DNA of 63,998 bases, the filler included, from Chrysochromulina tobinii (Eukaryota): the NCBI GenBank assembly GCA_001275005.1. It is 12 parts of 12 records of this genome, joined end to end, with 100 filler letters (N's around TTAATTAATTAA, not from the genome) between each part and the next. Parts side by side here need not be neighbours in the genome. Positions count along the whole stretch, not along the records: positions 1 to 13,869 come from JWZX01000669.1; 11 more parts are not named here. One strand, given 5' to 3'. The notes under the pieces were generated by a model. That model had not been told where the DNA came from and made no database searches. It saw only the letters and a list, made by a program, of their open reading frames with translations. The position numbers were made by a program, and so were the translations under genes. Position 1 is the stretch's first letter. Each line of letters starts with the position of its first letter. Of this stretch, positions 1 through 10,030 are shown in pieces.

Positions 1-44
1 GGTTCTCGGGTCCGCTCCCTCAATCGCAGACAGATGTCATGCAG

Positions 45-236
45 GCGGTTCTCGGGTCCGCTCCCAACGGGCTGCCATATGAGGCGCCAAAACCGGCGAC
101 GGTACTGCGACCGAGGCCGGCGCCGGCCGGGGCACGAGGCCCACAGCAAGACTTGGAACCGGCGTGGGAACACTGCCCATGGCCGGCCGCGCCCCCCCCG
201 ATGAGAGAGGCGCGTATATGGGCATGGCGGGCTTGA
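45..236 (+). CDS. Probable last exon of a gene truncated by the window start
   Basis: CAG|GCGGTT acceptor preceded by an intron remnant that duplicates the exon start (1-19 = 47-65); ORF ends at TGA 236. Confidence 0.4.
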   Translation, partial: AVLGSAPNGLPYEAPKPATVLRPRPAPAGARGPQQDLEPAWEHCPWPAAPPPMREARIWAWRA

Positions 237-842
237 CCCGACGGCACGTCCCCCGACTGCGCTTGAGCCAGCGCTGCCAATGACATGCCTTCCATGTGAC
301 GGCCGCGCGTGCCTCGCGCGTGCCCCTTGAGTGCTTGAGACCGTCGCCGCGATGTGCGCGACGGCAGCGGCGAGGCAGAAATGCCACGCCGAAGATCAGA
401 AAAAGACAAGGAGTGTGAAGTGGCGGTGTGGTTACACCGTCCCCACGATGTTCGTTGTGTGTCTCGTGAAGGGTGTGAAGACTTCTCGAAAGAAACCGGT
501 GCCGCACTAACGTGCTTACCGCCATAATATGGAGCACACAAAGAAATGAAATCTGCCCCCAAAAATCAGCGAAACTTAGAACTTTGCGATAATCAACCAA
601 GTCTCGGTGGTTTCGTCTCAATGATGGTTCGCGAAAAGGATCGCGAATATGCGTTTGTATGCCAACTCAAAAGGGTCTAGCAACAGCTAGAATGCCCCGC
701 GCACATGCGAACATCTACACATCACGCAATCGCCAAACAAAAACGCGTAGTTGACCGCGCCACATTTCATCATCTCGCGGGCTCGCTGCTACGTTTTACT
801 GGTCCGCCGTGCCGCGTACGCGACGGCGTCGCCATCCGCGTC

Positions 843-3800
843 CTACTGCGGCGGTTTGATCTCCATGTGGTCGACAAGCTTGAGCCAGCCCGCCTCCCAT
901 CGACGCGCCTCGGTGAGCGCAGTGTCGCACGCGGTACGAATCTCGCGTACGCGCCCGGCGTAATACAACCGATAGCTCTCGTACACGCGATCGCGCGCGG
1001 TGATGACGGAGCGCTGCGCACGCGTCTGGTTCGCCTGCAGCTCGAGCGAGCGTGGGATCGCCTCCTTGGACTCAGGGGGTGCGTCCGCGCCGACAGCACG
1101 CGTCTCGCACGTGTCTGGCGTGAGCTCGCCCAGCGGCAGCCCCGGCCACGTGTATGTATAGAAGGGGCGCCCCGCCTGCGGCTGACCCGGGTGAGGGAAC
1201 ATCTCACGCGTCTCCATGCGAAGCTTCTTCTTGATACCGTGGTGGATGTCCGGCGGCGGGTCGTCGTTAGCGATCAGGTCGTCCTCTGTAAGCTGCGCAT
1301 CGAGGAGCTTGAGAATCGAGCCCGAGAGGAAGACTAGCCGGCGCTCGAGTACCTGGGCCTGCTCGGTCTCAACCGCGAGCAGCGCGTCCCGCAGCTCTGT
1401 GGCTGCGCTCACCTCCGCCGCCGACCGGTCCGCCTCGGCCATCGCGAGCGCTCGCAGCTCGGCCTGCGCCCCCGCATTGCGCATCGTCGGCTTGAGGGAG
1501 GCCTCATGCAGCTGCCGCTTGGCCGCACGGTCCTTGGCCAGGGGCGCGTACGCCTTGTGCAGCGTGCGGCACCCATTGTACGCGGCCTTCCGGCACGCGC
1601 GGCTCAGATCGTCGAAGACGCTTGGCCCGACCGAGTTGAGCACGCGCCAGATGACGAGCAGCTGCTTGCGCAGCGTCTTGCCCGCATGGTACCAGTCGTC
1701 GTGCGCCTTGTGGACCATCTGATCGAGCCGCGCGCGCACTTTGTCCGCCTCGAGCTCAGCGTTCTCGGGGATGAGCGACGGGCGCGTGATTGGCCGCTCG
1801 CCGCGCTCCTGGTGGTACTTGGCGCACATGGCGATCATCAGGCCCTCGTGCTTCGCGCGCGCGGCCGTCACGAGCTGCTTGAGCGGCACGGGCGGCTTCG
1901 CTTCCTCGCCCATCTCGGGCTCATTCGGATCGGGCGCGGGCGGCGGCGGCGGCGGCTCCGCCCCCTTTTTGGCCTTCGGGTCCGGCGGCGGCGGCGGCGG
2001 CGGCGGCGGCCTCGTCGACGGATCCGGCGGGTCCAGGCTCACCTTGGGCGCCGTCTTGGGCATGCCCTCCGACGCGAGCATATCGAGAAAGAGGGCGCGG
2101 TGAAGCAGCTTCGCACGCATGTCTTCGGACGACTCGAGGATGGCTCGCGCCAGCTTCGCCTGCGCCGCCGCGCGCGCCGCGTCCGTGTCGAACTCGGCAT
2201 TGTCGGCCTCGGACTCGCCCGGGCGCGTGACCGACTTGACGAGCCGCGAGAGCTCCTCGGTTTGCGCATCGAGCGCCGCCTCTTGCGCGGCCGACTCGGC
2301 GAGCACGATGCGCACGTCAGCCGTGCACTTGCCCGACTGCATCTTGAGCTGCTCGATGTGCACGATGTCCTCCTTGTTGACCGCGAACGAGGCGCGGAAG
2401 CCCTCCTGACCCTCGTGCGCGCGCTGCAGCTGCGCCTCGCGCAGGGCAGCGAGCCGCTCCGCCTGGGCCACCGCCTCGGCCTTGGCATCCTCGTCCACCT
2501 TGGCGAGCCGCTCAATGAAGCGAGCCTGCTCGATCGGGTTGAAGATGCCGCCCTCCGAGAAGAGCGTCCACGAGTCGCGGAACTTGGTGTTCACACCGAG
2601 CACCTCCTTGAGTTGAGCCTTGCTCGCGGCCTCGAGCTCGTCGAACATCTCGCGCGTCACCCTGGTGTAGGCCGCATGCAGCGCCTCCGCCTCGCGACTC
2701 AGCCGATTCAGCGTCGCCGAGTGGTTATTTTTCTCCGAGCCGAGCGCCCGCTGCAGTGCGCCCAGCTTGTCCTTGTGCTGCTTCTCGGCCTTGATGACGG
2801 TCTCCAGCTTGGTCTCCAGAGCCGCCGAGAGCATTCCGCGTCGTGAGGTGACCGACTTGACGTGGCGCACGAAGCGCTCGCGATGGGCAAGCAGCTCCTG
2901 ATCACGCTCGGCCGCCATGTCGGTCTCGACGGCGCCCGCGCGCGGCTGGTGGGACATGAGCCGCTCGTCGAGCTCCCTCGTGAGCTGCTTCACGAGCACG
3001 CCGCACTCGTGCCGGGCGCGCTTGCCCATCGCGACCGCGTGGGCGTCGTGGTAGTTGAGGCACTCGCACGCGAGCTTGACGCGCAGCTCGATGTCCTGCG
3101 GCAGTGACGACCACGAGGTCAACGGCATGAGCACCGGTGTGCCGTCGTACGATGCCGGGATGAGCTGCGAGATCTTCTCGGCCGCGCTCAAGGTAGGCAG
3201 CTCGGGCGGCGGTTCGGCCTCCTCCGCCGCGGGCGGCTGCGGCGCGGCCTCGGGCGGCGCTGGTGGCGGGGCTCCTCCCTTCTTGCCCTTTGGATCCGCG
3301 GCCGCCGCGGCCGCGGCCGCCTCCGCCTCGGCCGCCGCCGCGGCCGCGGCCGCCGCCTCCGCCTCGGCCGCCGCCTTCGCCCTCACCACGGCCATCGCCG
3401 CCTCCGCCACCTCCAAGTCCGTCCTCATTCGGTACTTGGCCCCTTCGCGCGTCTCGAGCAGATAGGGGTCGGGTGGCGGGTCGTTTCGGTTGGCGGCGTC
3501 GAGGCCCGCCTGCTCGTCCTCAAGGGCGAGCTGAGCCTCCATCTTCTCGTCGAATTGGAAGCCGAAGGTCGCCCACAGGTTCTGCTCCCCGTCGTCAAGT
3601 ACCTTAGTACCACTCAGGTCCTGGTCCTCGTTCATCAGTGGCGGTGGCGCGCCGTCGGGGGCACCAGGAGGCGCGCCGTCGGGCGCGGCGACGGACGCTG
3701 CGGCGGGCTCGGCGTCCTCCTCGCCCTCGCCCTCCTCCTCCTCCCCCTCCTGCTCGTTGCTCACGAGCTGGTGGTACTCGATGAGCTGCGTGTGCACGCT

Positions 3801-5516
3801 CGTCAGCTCCGCACGCATCAAGTTCGGATGCTGCTCGGCTATGTCGAGCGAGGCTCGGTGGAAGTTGCGGTAGCCCATCTGAATCTGCGCGAGCAGCTCC
3901 ATGGCCTCCTCCTGCTTGAGCATCAGCTCGTTCTTGTCCGCCGCACGCCGCATGTCTGTCAGCACTTTCTCCAGCTGCATCTCATTCGCCTTGTCGGCCT
4001 CCTCATGCTCCTCGCGGCAGGTGTGGAGCTCGTCACGTAACGTCTCGTACAGCTCGGACGTGCGCCGCACATGCTCATCGAAGAGGCGGCCCGCCATCTC
4101 GAAGCGCTTGACCAGCTGCAGCGCATCCTCGTGCAGCCGCAGCCGCTGCGTCGCTTCGGCCGCCTCCACCCGCTCGAGCAAGTCCTGCGCCTGCTCCGCG
4201 CGCAAGTCAACGAGCGGTACGACCTGCGCCGCAATCACCGATTCGAGTGCCCGAGGCTCCAGGTGAGCAAAGTGGTAGAGGCGCGCGCGCAGGTACTTGC
4301 ACGCCTCGGCCACCTCGGCCGCCACCGCCGCCTCGGCCTGCTGCAGCGCGTCGTGCGAGGCGCGCGCTGACGCCTCCTCATCAGCATCGAGCTGCTCGAG
4401 CTCCTCACGAGATCGGTTGGCAGCGGCCTCGGACAGCTCCGGCGGGCGCAGCTTGCCCAGCTGCACGAGGACCGAGAAGCGGCGCTCATTGAATGCCTGC
4501 TGCTTGCTCGCCAGCTCGCTCAGCAGCAGCCGCTGCGACTGCGGCGCGAGCACCTCGGGCGAGTGCAGGTAGCTCTTGAGGGTCTGCAGCGCATTCTCGT
4601 GGCGCAGCCGACGCCACTCAAGCTTTCGTGCCTCCCATTCCCTCAGCGAGCTCTTGTGACGCTTGACGTCCTCGACGCGCAGCTTTGCGAGCAGCTCCGC
4701 GTGCACCTCGCGGTTCGCCAGGATGAGCAGGTTGACGCTGTGTGTCTCCGTCTCGACGAAGCGCTCGAGCGCCGGTGGCAGCAGGTGCGCCGTCGCCACG
4801 AGCAGCTCAAGCAGCGTCGTGAGCTCGGCCTCGACCATCTCGCGCCGCTCGTTCTCCACCTTGGTCAGGTCGCGCTCAAATTGGTCCACCCAGCCGCGCC
4901 GGCGCGTCAGCTCCTCGTCGATGCGAACCCACGCGGAGTCTACCTCGTCCATCTCCATCTGCAGCAGAAAGTCGTCGGCGAGCTCATCGAACATGCTCTT
5001 GAGCTCGGCGTCGTTGAGCACCATCAGCGCCTTGAAGGAGCGCGCGACCGCTCCCGTGCGCGCCTCGAGCTCCACCTCCATGGAGCCCATCCGCTTCTTG
5101 AACGCTTCGATCGCGTTCTCGTGCCGCGCCTTGCGGGCGATGAGCATCTCCTTCATGCCCGCGTGGTTGGTGGAGGAGACGGCCGGCATCATCTTGCCGT
5201 GATTTTGCAGCGTTTGGGACTCGCCAATCGCCACCTCCTGCTCCGTGAGCGGCGGCACGGACTGCCGCTTGCGGCCGGGCATGTCCTTGACCTTGGGTGG
5301 CGCCGGCAGGGAGGCGCCATCCTTGGCATGCGAGATCTTGGGCGCGACGAGCTTGGTCAAGAGGCCGAGCTCCGCAGTGAACGGGTTGCTCGCCATCTGC
5401 CCAGCCATCCGCGGCTCGGCCGCCGGCTCCTTCAGCGCCGCCGGCATGTTGCTGTGAGGCCCCTCAGCGCGGCGTCGCAGTCCCCAGCCAGCAAAGGACC
5501 CTGCGCTGAAAGTCAA
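843..5516 (-). CDS. CCDC180: Coiled-coil domain-containing protein 180 (DUF4455/DUF4456, flagellar-associated); true start probably ~5448 or downstream
   Basis: 1557-aa intronless coiled-coil ORF; N-terminal 'ARKARHENAIEAF', 'LFSEGGIFNPIE' and C-terminal 'TRAQRSVITARDRVYESY' resemble CCDC180. Confidence 0.8.
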   Translation of the reverse strand: MTFSAGSFAGWGLRRRAEGPHSNMPAALKEPAAEPRMAGQMASNPFTAELGLLTKLVAPKISHAKDGASLPAPPKVKDMPGRKRQSVPPLTEQEVAIGESQTLQNHGKMMPAVSSTNHAGMKEMLIARKARHENAIEAFKKRMGSMEVELEARTGAVARSFKALMVLNDAELKSMFDELADDFLLQMEMDEVDSAWVRIDEELTRRRGWVDQFERDLTKVENERREMVEAELTTLLELLVATAHLLPPALERFVETETHSVNLLILANREVHAELLAKLRVEDVKRHKSSLREWEARKLEWRRLRHENALQTLKSYLHSPEVLAPQSQRLLLSELASKQQAFNERRFSVLVQLGKLRPPELSEAAANRSREELEQLDADEEASARASHDALQQAEAAVAAEVAEACKYLRARLYHFAHLEPRALESVIAAQVVPLVDLRAEQAQDLLERVEAAEATQRLRLHEDALQLVKRFEMAGRLFDEHVRRTSELYETLRDELHTCREEHEEADKANEMQLEKVLTDMRRAADKNELMLKQEEAMELLAQIQMGYRNFHRASLDIAEQHPNLMRAELTSVHTQLIEYHQLVSNEQEGEEEEGEGEEDAEPAAASVAAPDGAPPGAPDGAPPPLMNEDQDLSGTKVLDDGEQNLWATFGFQFDEKMEAQLALEDEQAGLDAANRNDPPPDPYLLETREGAKYRMRTDLEVAEAAMAVVRAKAAAEAEAAAAAAAAAEAEAAAAAAAADPKGKKGGAPPPAPPEAAPQPPAAEEAEPPPELPTLSAAEKISQLIPASYDGTPVLMPLTSWSSLPQDIELRVKLACECLNYHDAHAVAMGKRARHECGVLVKQLTRELDERLMSHQPRAGAVETDMAAERDQELLAHRERFVRHVKSVTSRRGMLSAALETKLETVIKAEKQHKDKLGALQRALGSEKNNHSATLNRLSREAEALHAAYTRVTREMFDELEAASKAQLKEVLGVNTKFRDSWTLFSEGGIFNPIEQARFIERLAKVDEDAKAEAVAQAERLAALREAQLQRAHEGQEGFRASFAVNKEDIVHIEQLKMQSGKCTADVRIVLAESAAQEAALDAQTEELSRLVKSVTRPGESEADNAEFDTDAARAAAQAKLARAILESSEDMRAKLLHRALFLDMLASEGMPKTAPKVSLDPPDPSTRPPPPPPPPPDPKAKKGAEPPPPPPAPDPNEPEMGEEAKPPVPLKQLVTAARAKHEGLMIAMCAKYHQERGERPITRPSLIPENAELEADKVRARLDQMVHKAHDDWYHAGKTLRKQLLVIWRVLNSVGPSVFDDLSRACRKAAYNGCRTLHKAYAPLAKDRAAKRQLHEASLKPTMRNAGAQAELRALAMAEADRSAAEVSAATELRDALLAVETEQAQVLERRLVFLSGSILKLLDAQLTEDDLIANDDPPPDIHHGIKKKLRMETREMFPHPGQPQAGRPFYTYTWPGLPLGELTPDTCETRAVGADAPPESKEAIPRSLELQANQTRAQRSVITARDRVYESYRLYYAGRVREIRTACDTALTEARRWEAGWLKLVDHMEIKPPQ

Positions 5517-5877
5517 CCGATCTCGCCACGACGGCGCTTCGAACGCCGTGTTGTGCAGCCAGAAAAAACGTCATGCACGCTGTGCTTTAGCACGGTGTTT
5601 TGGCACGGTGCAGGGCATTTTACACGGCCAACGAATGTACGTTAACAAACAGCTTAGGACGCAAATATCGGGTTCGAAAGTCGCACAATGTGCGCGCGGT
5701 CGCGTTGAGCAGCATCAGCAGCCCTAACATCTATCCACGCTCTCATGACAACACCCCTATTTGTGCTCCTGACATTCAATTCCCAAACAGGTGTAGGGTC
5801 CCGGCCCTTACAAACATGAAAAATAGTGACCACTCCTCCTTGGGTCATGAAGTGAACCTTGTTCAGTTGTTCTACTC

Positions 5878-6864
5878 TCATCTCACCAGCGGCGTCGCCA
5901 GCCCTAGTGGTTGCAGCATGGCACGCACATGGCGGTTTGGGGTAAGGTAGCCCAGGCTATAAGCATTGCACAGCGCGCAGAAGAGCACACCCACAAAAAG
6001 AAGAAGCGTGCTCGCACTGCTGTCGCCCGCGAGTAGCTGCTCGGCGGCGGATCGCGGGTCGGGGCACCCTGAGGCAGGATCGTTCAGGTGCAAGTGCATT
6101 TGGAAGTCGCGTGCGGGGCTGCTTGCGTTCAAGCCAGGATAGAGCGCTGTGTAGCGCACTATACCGACGTGCTGCGCCCACGAGACAGCATCAGCGCAGG
6201 CCGGGTTGATGACAGCATCAGTGGCGGCAGCGGAGACGCCGCCGATGGAGGTGCCATTGTCCATGCCGCCGCCGCGACCAGCGCCGCGCTGGCGCGGTGG
6301 TGGTGGCGGTGGGGCGGACAGGCCTGCTGCCAAGCGCAGCTTCGCCGAGGACTCCTGACAGAGCCCGAGCTGTTTCTCAACGACCTGCAACCGAGCCTCG
6401 GCTGCGCGTAGTGCGCCCCTGACGCGTGCGAGTTCCTGGACATCGGACAGCGAGGTCGCCGAGCTGGTGCTCATCGCCTTGATCTTCGTGCTGTTGCTGT
6501 TACTCGACTTTGCATTGGTGCTCGTCTTGGTCGTATCGTGTGGCGTGGCGCCCACCGCCTTGATTTGTGTGCTGTTGCCAGCCGACTTTGCACCCTTCGT
6601 CTTGATGGTATCGTGCGGTTTCGCCAGTGTCGTCGGCGCGAGTGTGGTCGACTTGCAAAACGAGCAGGTCTGGCATTTGCACCACGAGCAGTGCTGCTGC
6701 GCGTGCTGGGTGTTGCAAAACGAGCCGCACAATTTGTAGCTGGAATCACCCGAGCGGCTGGACTTGCAGACCTCCTTGGTGCTGCTTCCCACCATGAGCT
6801 TCGCGATTTCGGCGGGCGCCGCCCGCCTCGGTGAAAACTCGACGCGGCGGGCGTGAACTCTCAC
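5878..6864 (-). CDS. Hypothetical membrane-anchored protein with Cys-rich modules
   Basis: CGSFC...HCSWCKCQTCSFC module, coiled coil, 'CADAVSWAQHVGI...YPGLNASS...FQMHLH...CPDP' module, C-terminal TM helix. Confidence 0.65.
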   Translation of the reverse strand: MRVHARRVEFSPRRAAPAEIAKLMVGSSTKEVCKSSRSGDSSYKLCGSFCNTQHAQQHCSWCKCQTCSFCKSTTLAPTTLAKPHDTIKTKGAKSAGNSTQIKAVGATPHDTTKTSTNAKSSNSNSTKIKAMSTSSATSLSDVQELARVRGALRAAEARLQVVEKQLGLCQESSAKLRLAAGLSAPPPPPPRQRGAGRGGGMDNGTSIGGVSAAATDAVINPACADAVSWAQHVGIVRYTALYPGLNASSPARDFQMHLHLNDPASGCPDPRSAAEQLLAGDSSASTLLLFVGVLFCALCNAYSLGYLTPNRHVRAMLQPLGLATPLVR

Positions 6865-7208
6865 GAAGTTACGTCACCTCGAAGTGGGAGGTGCCGAACT
6901 TGTGTCTGTTACATGTATGCATGTCTGTTTCATGTTGCACGGCATATTTCAAGCACCGCTTTTCCCCGTAAAACGAAAGCATGCGGTCCCGTGCGGCCCC
7001 TCGAAAATGAAATTTGGTAAGACCAGTATGAAAGCCTACCAACATGCCTACCAAGGAGGAAACATCGTGAGCGGAGAATTGCGTGACGGTGACTGTGGAG
7101 CGACGCCCAAGCGTGTGGTGGTGTGAACGATTGCGCGCAAAGACGCACGAACGGAATGGCAACGGGATGACTCATCAGTATAAACTCAGCAGTACATGTC
7201 ACAAGACC

Positions 7209-9743
7209 CTAAAGGCCTTCGAGGTGCTTGAAGGCGTTGCGCTTCCTGAAGGCAGTTACGTCAGGGAAGGTCAGCCGCAGCTCGCTCCGAGCTACAAGAG
7301 TACTTGTCCTAGATGGACCGCTCATCTGGCGGACCATCCACGTGAGAAGATGCTCGAGCGCGCGGTGGGCCGGCTGCCGCGCGAGGCCACCCCACAACGG
7401 GCCAGCATCTTCGTCCATCATGAGGCGGAAGCTGCTGCACAAGGTTAAGTCGACGCGGCTGAAGAATGCAGAGTAGCCCTGGGTCTGCAGCATGATCATG
7501 AACTCGCCGCCGTCAACCACGTTCGCATTCTCGCACTCGGCATCTGTGGGGAGTGCCTTGCTTGCGGCAACGCGCACGAGCGCCTCGAGCCAGTCTTCGT
7601 AGCTGAGTTGGAGCATCTTGATGCGTCCCTTGAGCTCTGCCTCGACGCACACGCGTAGGCGCGAGAATACGAAGCACAGGCTGGCGAGCCTTTCGCCGAA
7701 CTGTGCGTCGAGCCATCCCAGATCTTCGAGGAGCTCAAACCACTCATCCATCCCGAGCAGCTTGCGGTCGTGCAGCTTGTCGCCCACGCCTTCGTTGGCG
7801 CCGCACGCGTAGCTCTGGTAGATGATCCTGAGCGCGGGCGTGAACTGCGAGATCACGTCGTGCGTGTCTTCAGTGTAGCATGCCAAATCACGGAAGTGGT
7901 CGGGGGGGGCGAGCCCCGGATTGAGCGCCCGCACCCGCGGCAGGAGGTCGTGGACCAAGAGCTGTTCGATGGCTTCGGGGACGTCCGAGAGTGTCCCGAA
8001 TTGAATGTGGCGCATGATGGCCGCACGCACGATAAAGGAGACGAACTCTTGCCTGTTGAGCCCCTTCATGTGGTTGTACTGGTCGTCTGCTGCCTTGACT
8101 GTCTCTACAGCGTTGATCGCAACAAACAGGCCATCCCAAACGCCCGCATTCAGCTCCTCGGCGCCCTTTTCGATCCACTCGACGTCAACCAGCAGCTGCT
8201 TATAGAAGTTCTGCTGGATGTGGGTGAAGTCGCCGCCACCTTGGGCCGCGTAGATGTCGAACGTCACGTAGATCATCTCATGGTGCGTCCACAGCGCGGC
8301 GAAGACCTGCTGAATCAGGCTGTCCACCAAGGCCGCGGGCGCGCCGCCCTTGCCTGCCTTCTGAGCAGCCTCGTAGGTGGGCAGATGGTGGCGGCACATG
8401 AGCCGATCGAGGCCACCGCCAGTCCTCGCCATCGTCAGGTCCGCCTCTAGCGCCCGCCGCATGCTCGGCTCCGAGTCCCAAAAGGTCCCCGAGTCAGCCC
8501 ATCGACGGCGCTCGCTCCAGACCGACGTCTCAAGCTTCCACACGCGCTTCGCCACCGGCATCTCTGGGTCGACATCACGTGCCTCCGGCTCCACGCGCGA
8601 GAGAGGGCGCCAAGGGCCGCCGAGCTGCTCGCCTGCGAGGGCGTAGGTCTCTGAAAAGTGGCGCTGCGCAAAGCGAGTCGGAGAGAGCAGCACGCCCATC
8701 CGAAGCGGCTGCACGGTGATACGGTTCGCCTGCATGCCGTCAAGGGTCCGCGCCAGCTGGCGCTGGTCCGCATGTTCGCTGAACCGTGCTACCTCGTTTG
8801 ATGTTCGGAGCTTCTGATGGAGCGAAGCTGCCTCAACTGAGAGCGCCGCCTGCCGCGCATCGAAGCGGGCAGCGAGCTCGAGGGTTCGCACGCGCCTCGG
8901 CCCTTGCCATGCATTCGGCACCTGTGATGAGGGAGGCAATCGGGGTGTGGCGATGAGGGAGGCAATCAAGGCACCTTGCCATGCATTCGGCACCTGATCT
9001 GCGAGTCGAAAAGTCCGCTCGAGGCGCTCTGCCTCCCGGCGTACTGCTTCGGCACAGAGCTCGGCCTCGAGCCGATCCCGCTCGAGGCGCTCAGCGCGCT
9101 CCATATGCTCCAGCCGTGCTGCTGCTTCAGCCGCAGTCGCCTCGGATGCAAGCCGCCCCCGCTCGAGCCGCACCGCCTGCAGGCTGCAGAGGCCGCGAAG
9201 CTTACTGCGTAGCGGCATCGTGCTCCGTACAATTTCGAGGGCGGACAACAACCCGGCGGACTCGGGCGGAGCCGGCGACCGCAGTGCGGGGGGCACCAGT
9301 GCAGAGGGCGTACGAACTCGTCGTCCCAACAGTGTTGCTGCATCGTCTGCATATCCATGATTCCAGAGTGGTAGTGCTGCAAGTTGTGCCGCTGCTGGCT
9401 CGAGGGTCACCAATCTTGGACTAGTCTTTGGTTGTCGCGGACTTGCATCGTCGGCCGATCGCTGCTGCTCTTGCTCGCTCGCCATGCGCTCGCGAACCCA
9501 TGCGATTGTGGCTGCAACGATCTCGGGAGTCAACTCCGCGGACGTGTCAGGTCGGTCTGTGGCAACACGCGTTCGGCGGGCAGTTGCCGCCGGCGCTACT
9601 GGCTGGCCGCGCTGCCGGCGTGATGTTGAAGGCGCAACGTAATGGTGGCGGTCCCGTGATGCCTCGTAGAGCACAGTGCGCACGCGGTGGCCTCCTGGAT
9701 ACTCCTCTGCATACTCGCGCCCGGGCGAGACGGTGTGCAGCAT
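7209..9743 (-). CDS. Hypothetical protein with degenerate EF-hand-like C-terminal region; contains an in-frame 72-nt intron (8922-8993)
   Basis: 844-aa ORF; 'GLNRQEFVSFIVRAA' and 'LSYEDWLEALVRVA' motifs; the duplicated peptide QVPNAWQG marks the intron. Confidence 0.65.
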   Translation of the reverse strand: MLHTVSPGREYAEEYPGGHRVRTVLYEASRDRHHYVAPSTSRRQRGQPVAPAATARRTRVATDRPDTSAELTPEIVAATIAWVRERMASEQEQQRSADDASPRQPKTSPRLVTLEPAAAQLAALPLWNHGYADDAATLLGRRVRTPSALVPPALRSPAPPESAGLLSALEIVRSTMPLRSKLRGLCSLQAVRLERGRLASEATAAEAAARLEHMERAERLERDRLEAELCAEAVRREAERLERTFRLADQVPNAWQGALIASLIATPRLPPSSQVPNAWQGPRRVRTLELAARFDARQAALSVEAASLHQKLRTSNEVARFSEHADQRQLARTLDGMQANRITVQPLRMGVLLSPTRFAQRHFSETYALAGEQLGGPWRPLSRVEPEARDVDPEMPVAKRVWKLETSVWSERRRWADSGTFWDSEPSMRRALEADLTMARTGGGLDRLMCRHHLPTYEAAQKAGKGGAPAALVDSLIQQVFAALWTHHEMIYVTFDIYAAQGGGDFTHIQQNFYKQLLVDVEWIEKGAEELNAGVWDGLFVAINAVETVKAADDQYNHMKGLNRQEFVSFIVRAAIMRHIQFGTLSDVPEAIEQLLVHDLLPRVRALNPGLAPPDHFRDLACYTEDTHDVISQFTPALRIIYQSYACGANEGVGDKLHDRKLLGMDEWFELLEDLGWLDAQFGERLASLCFVFSRLRVCVEAELKGRIKMLQLSYEDWLEALVRVAASKALPTDAECENANVVDGGEFMIMLQTQGYSAFFSRVDLTLCSSFRLMMDEDAGPLWGGLARQPAHRALEHLLTWMVRQMSGPSRTSTLVARSELRLTFPDVTAFRKRNAFKHLEGL

Positions 9744-10030
9744 GAGTGTGGTATGCGTGCGGCCCTCTGTGCTGTGGAAAGAGAGAGGATGAGGAGAGCC
9801 GCGGGATCAGCTATCGTAGGCGCAATCGCGCCAGCGCGGCTTGAGCGTTCCTATGTCTCCTATGTGGTTGTTGCGTGATGCGCGGCGAAACACTTCTAAT
9901 TGATCAGAATAGAAACTGAAATGCATGCTCGGTCGCCGTGCAGAAGCATTCAGCCCACGTTCCGAAAGTGAAAGTCTGAAGATCCGTTCACGGTCTGACG
10001 TTCACACACCTCTTCCACGGGTCCCATGAA

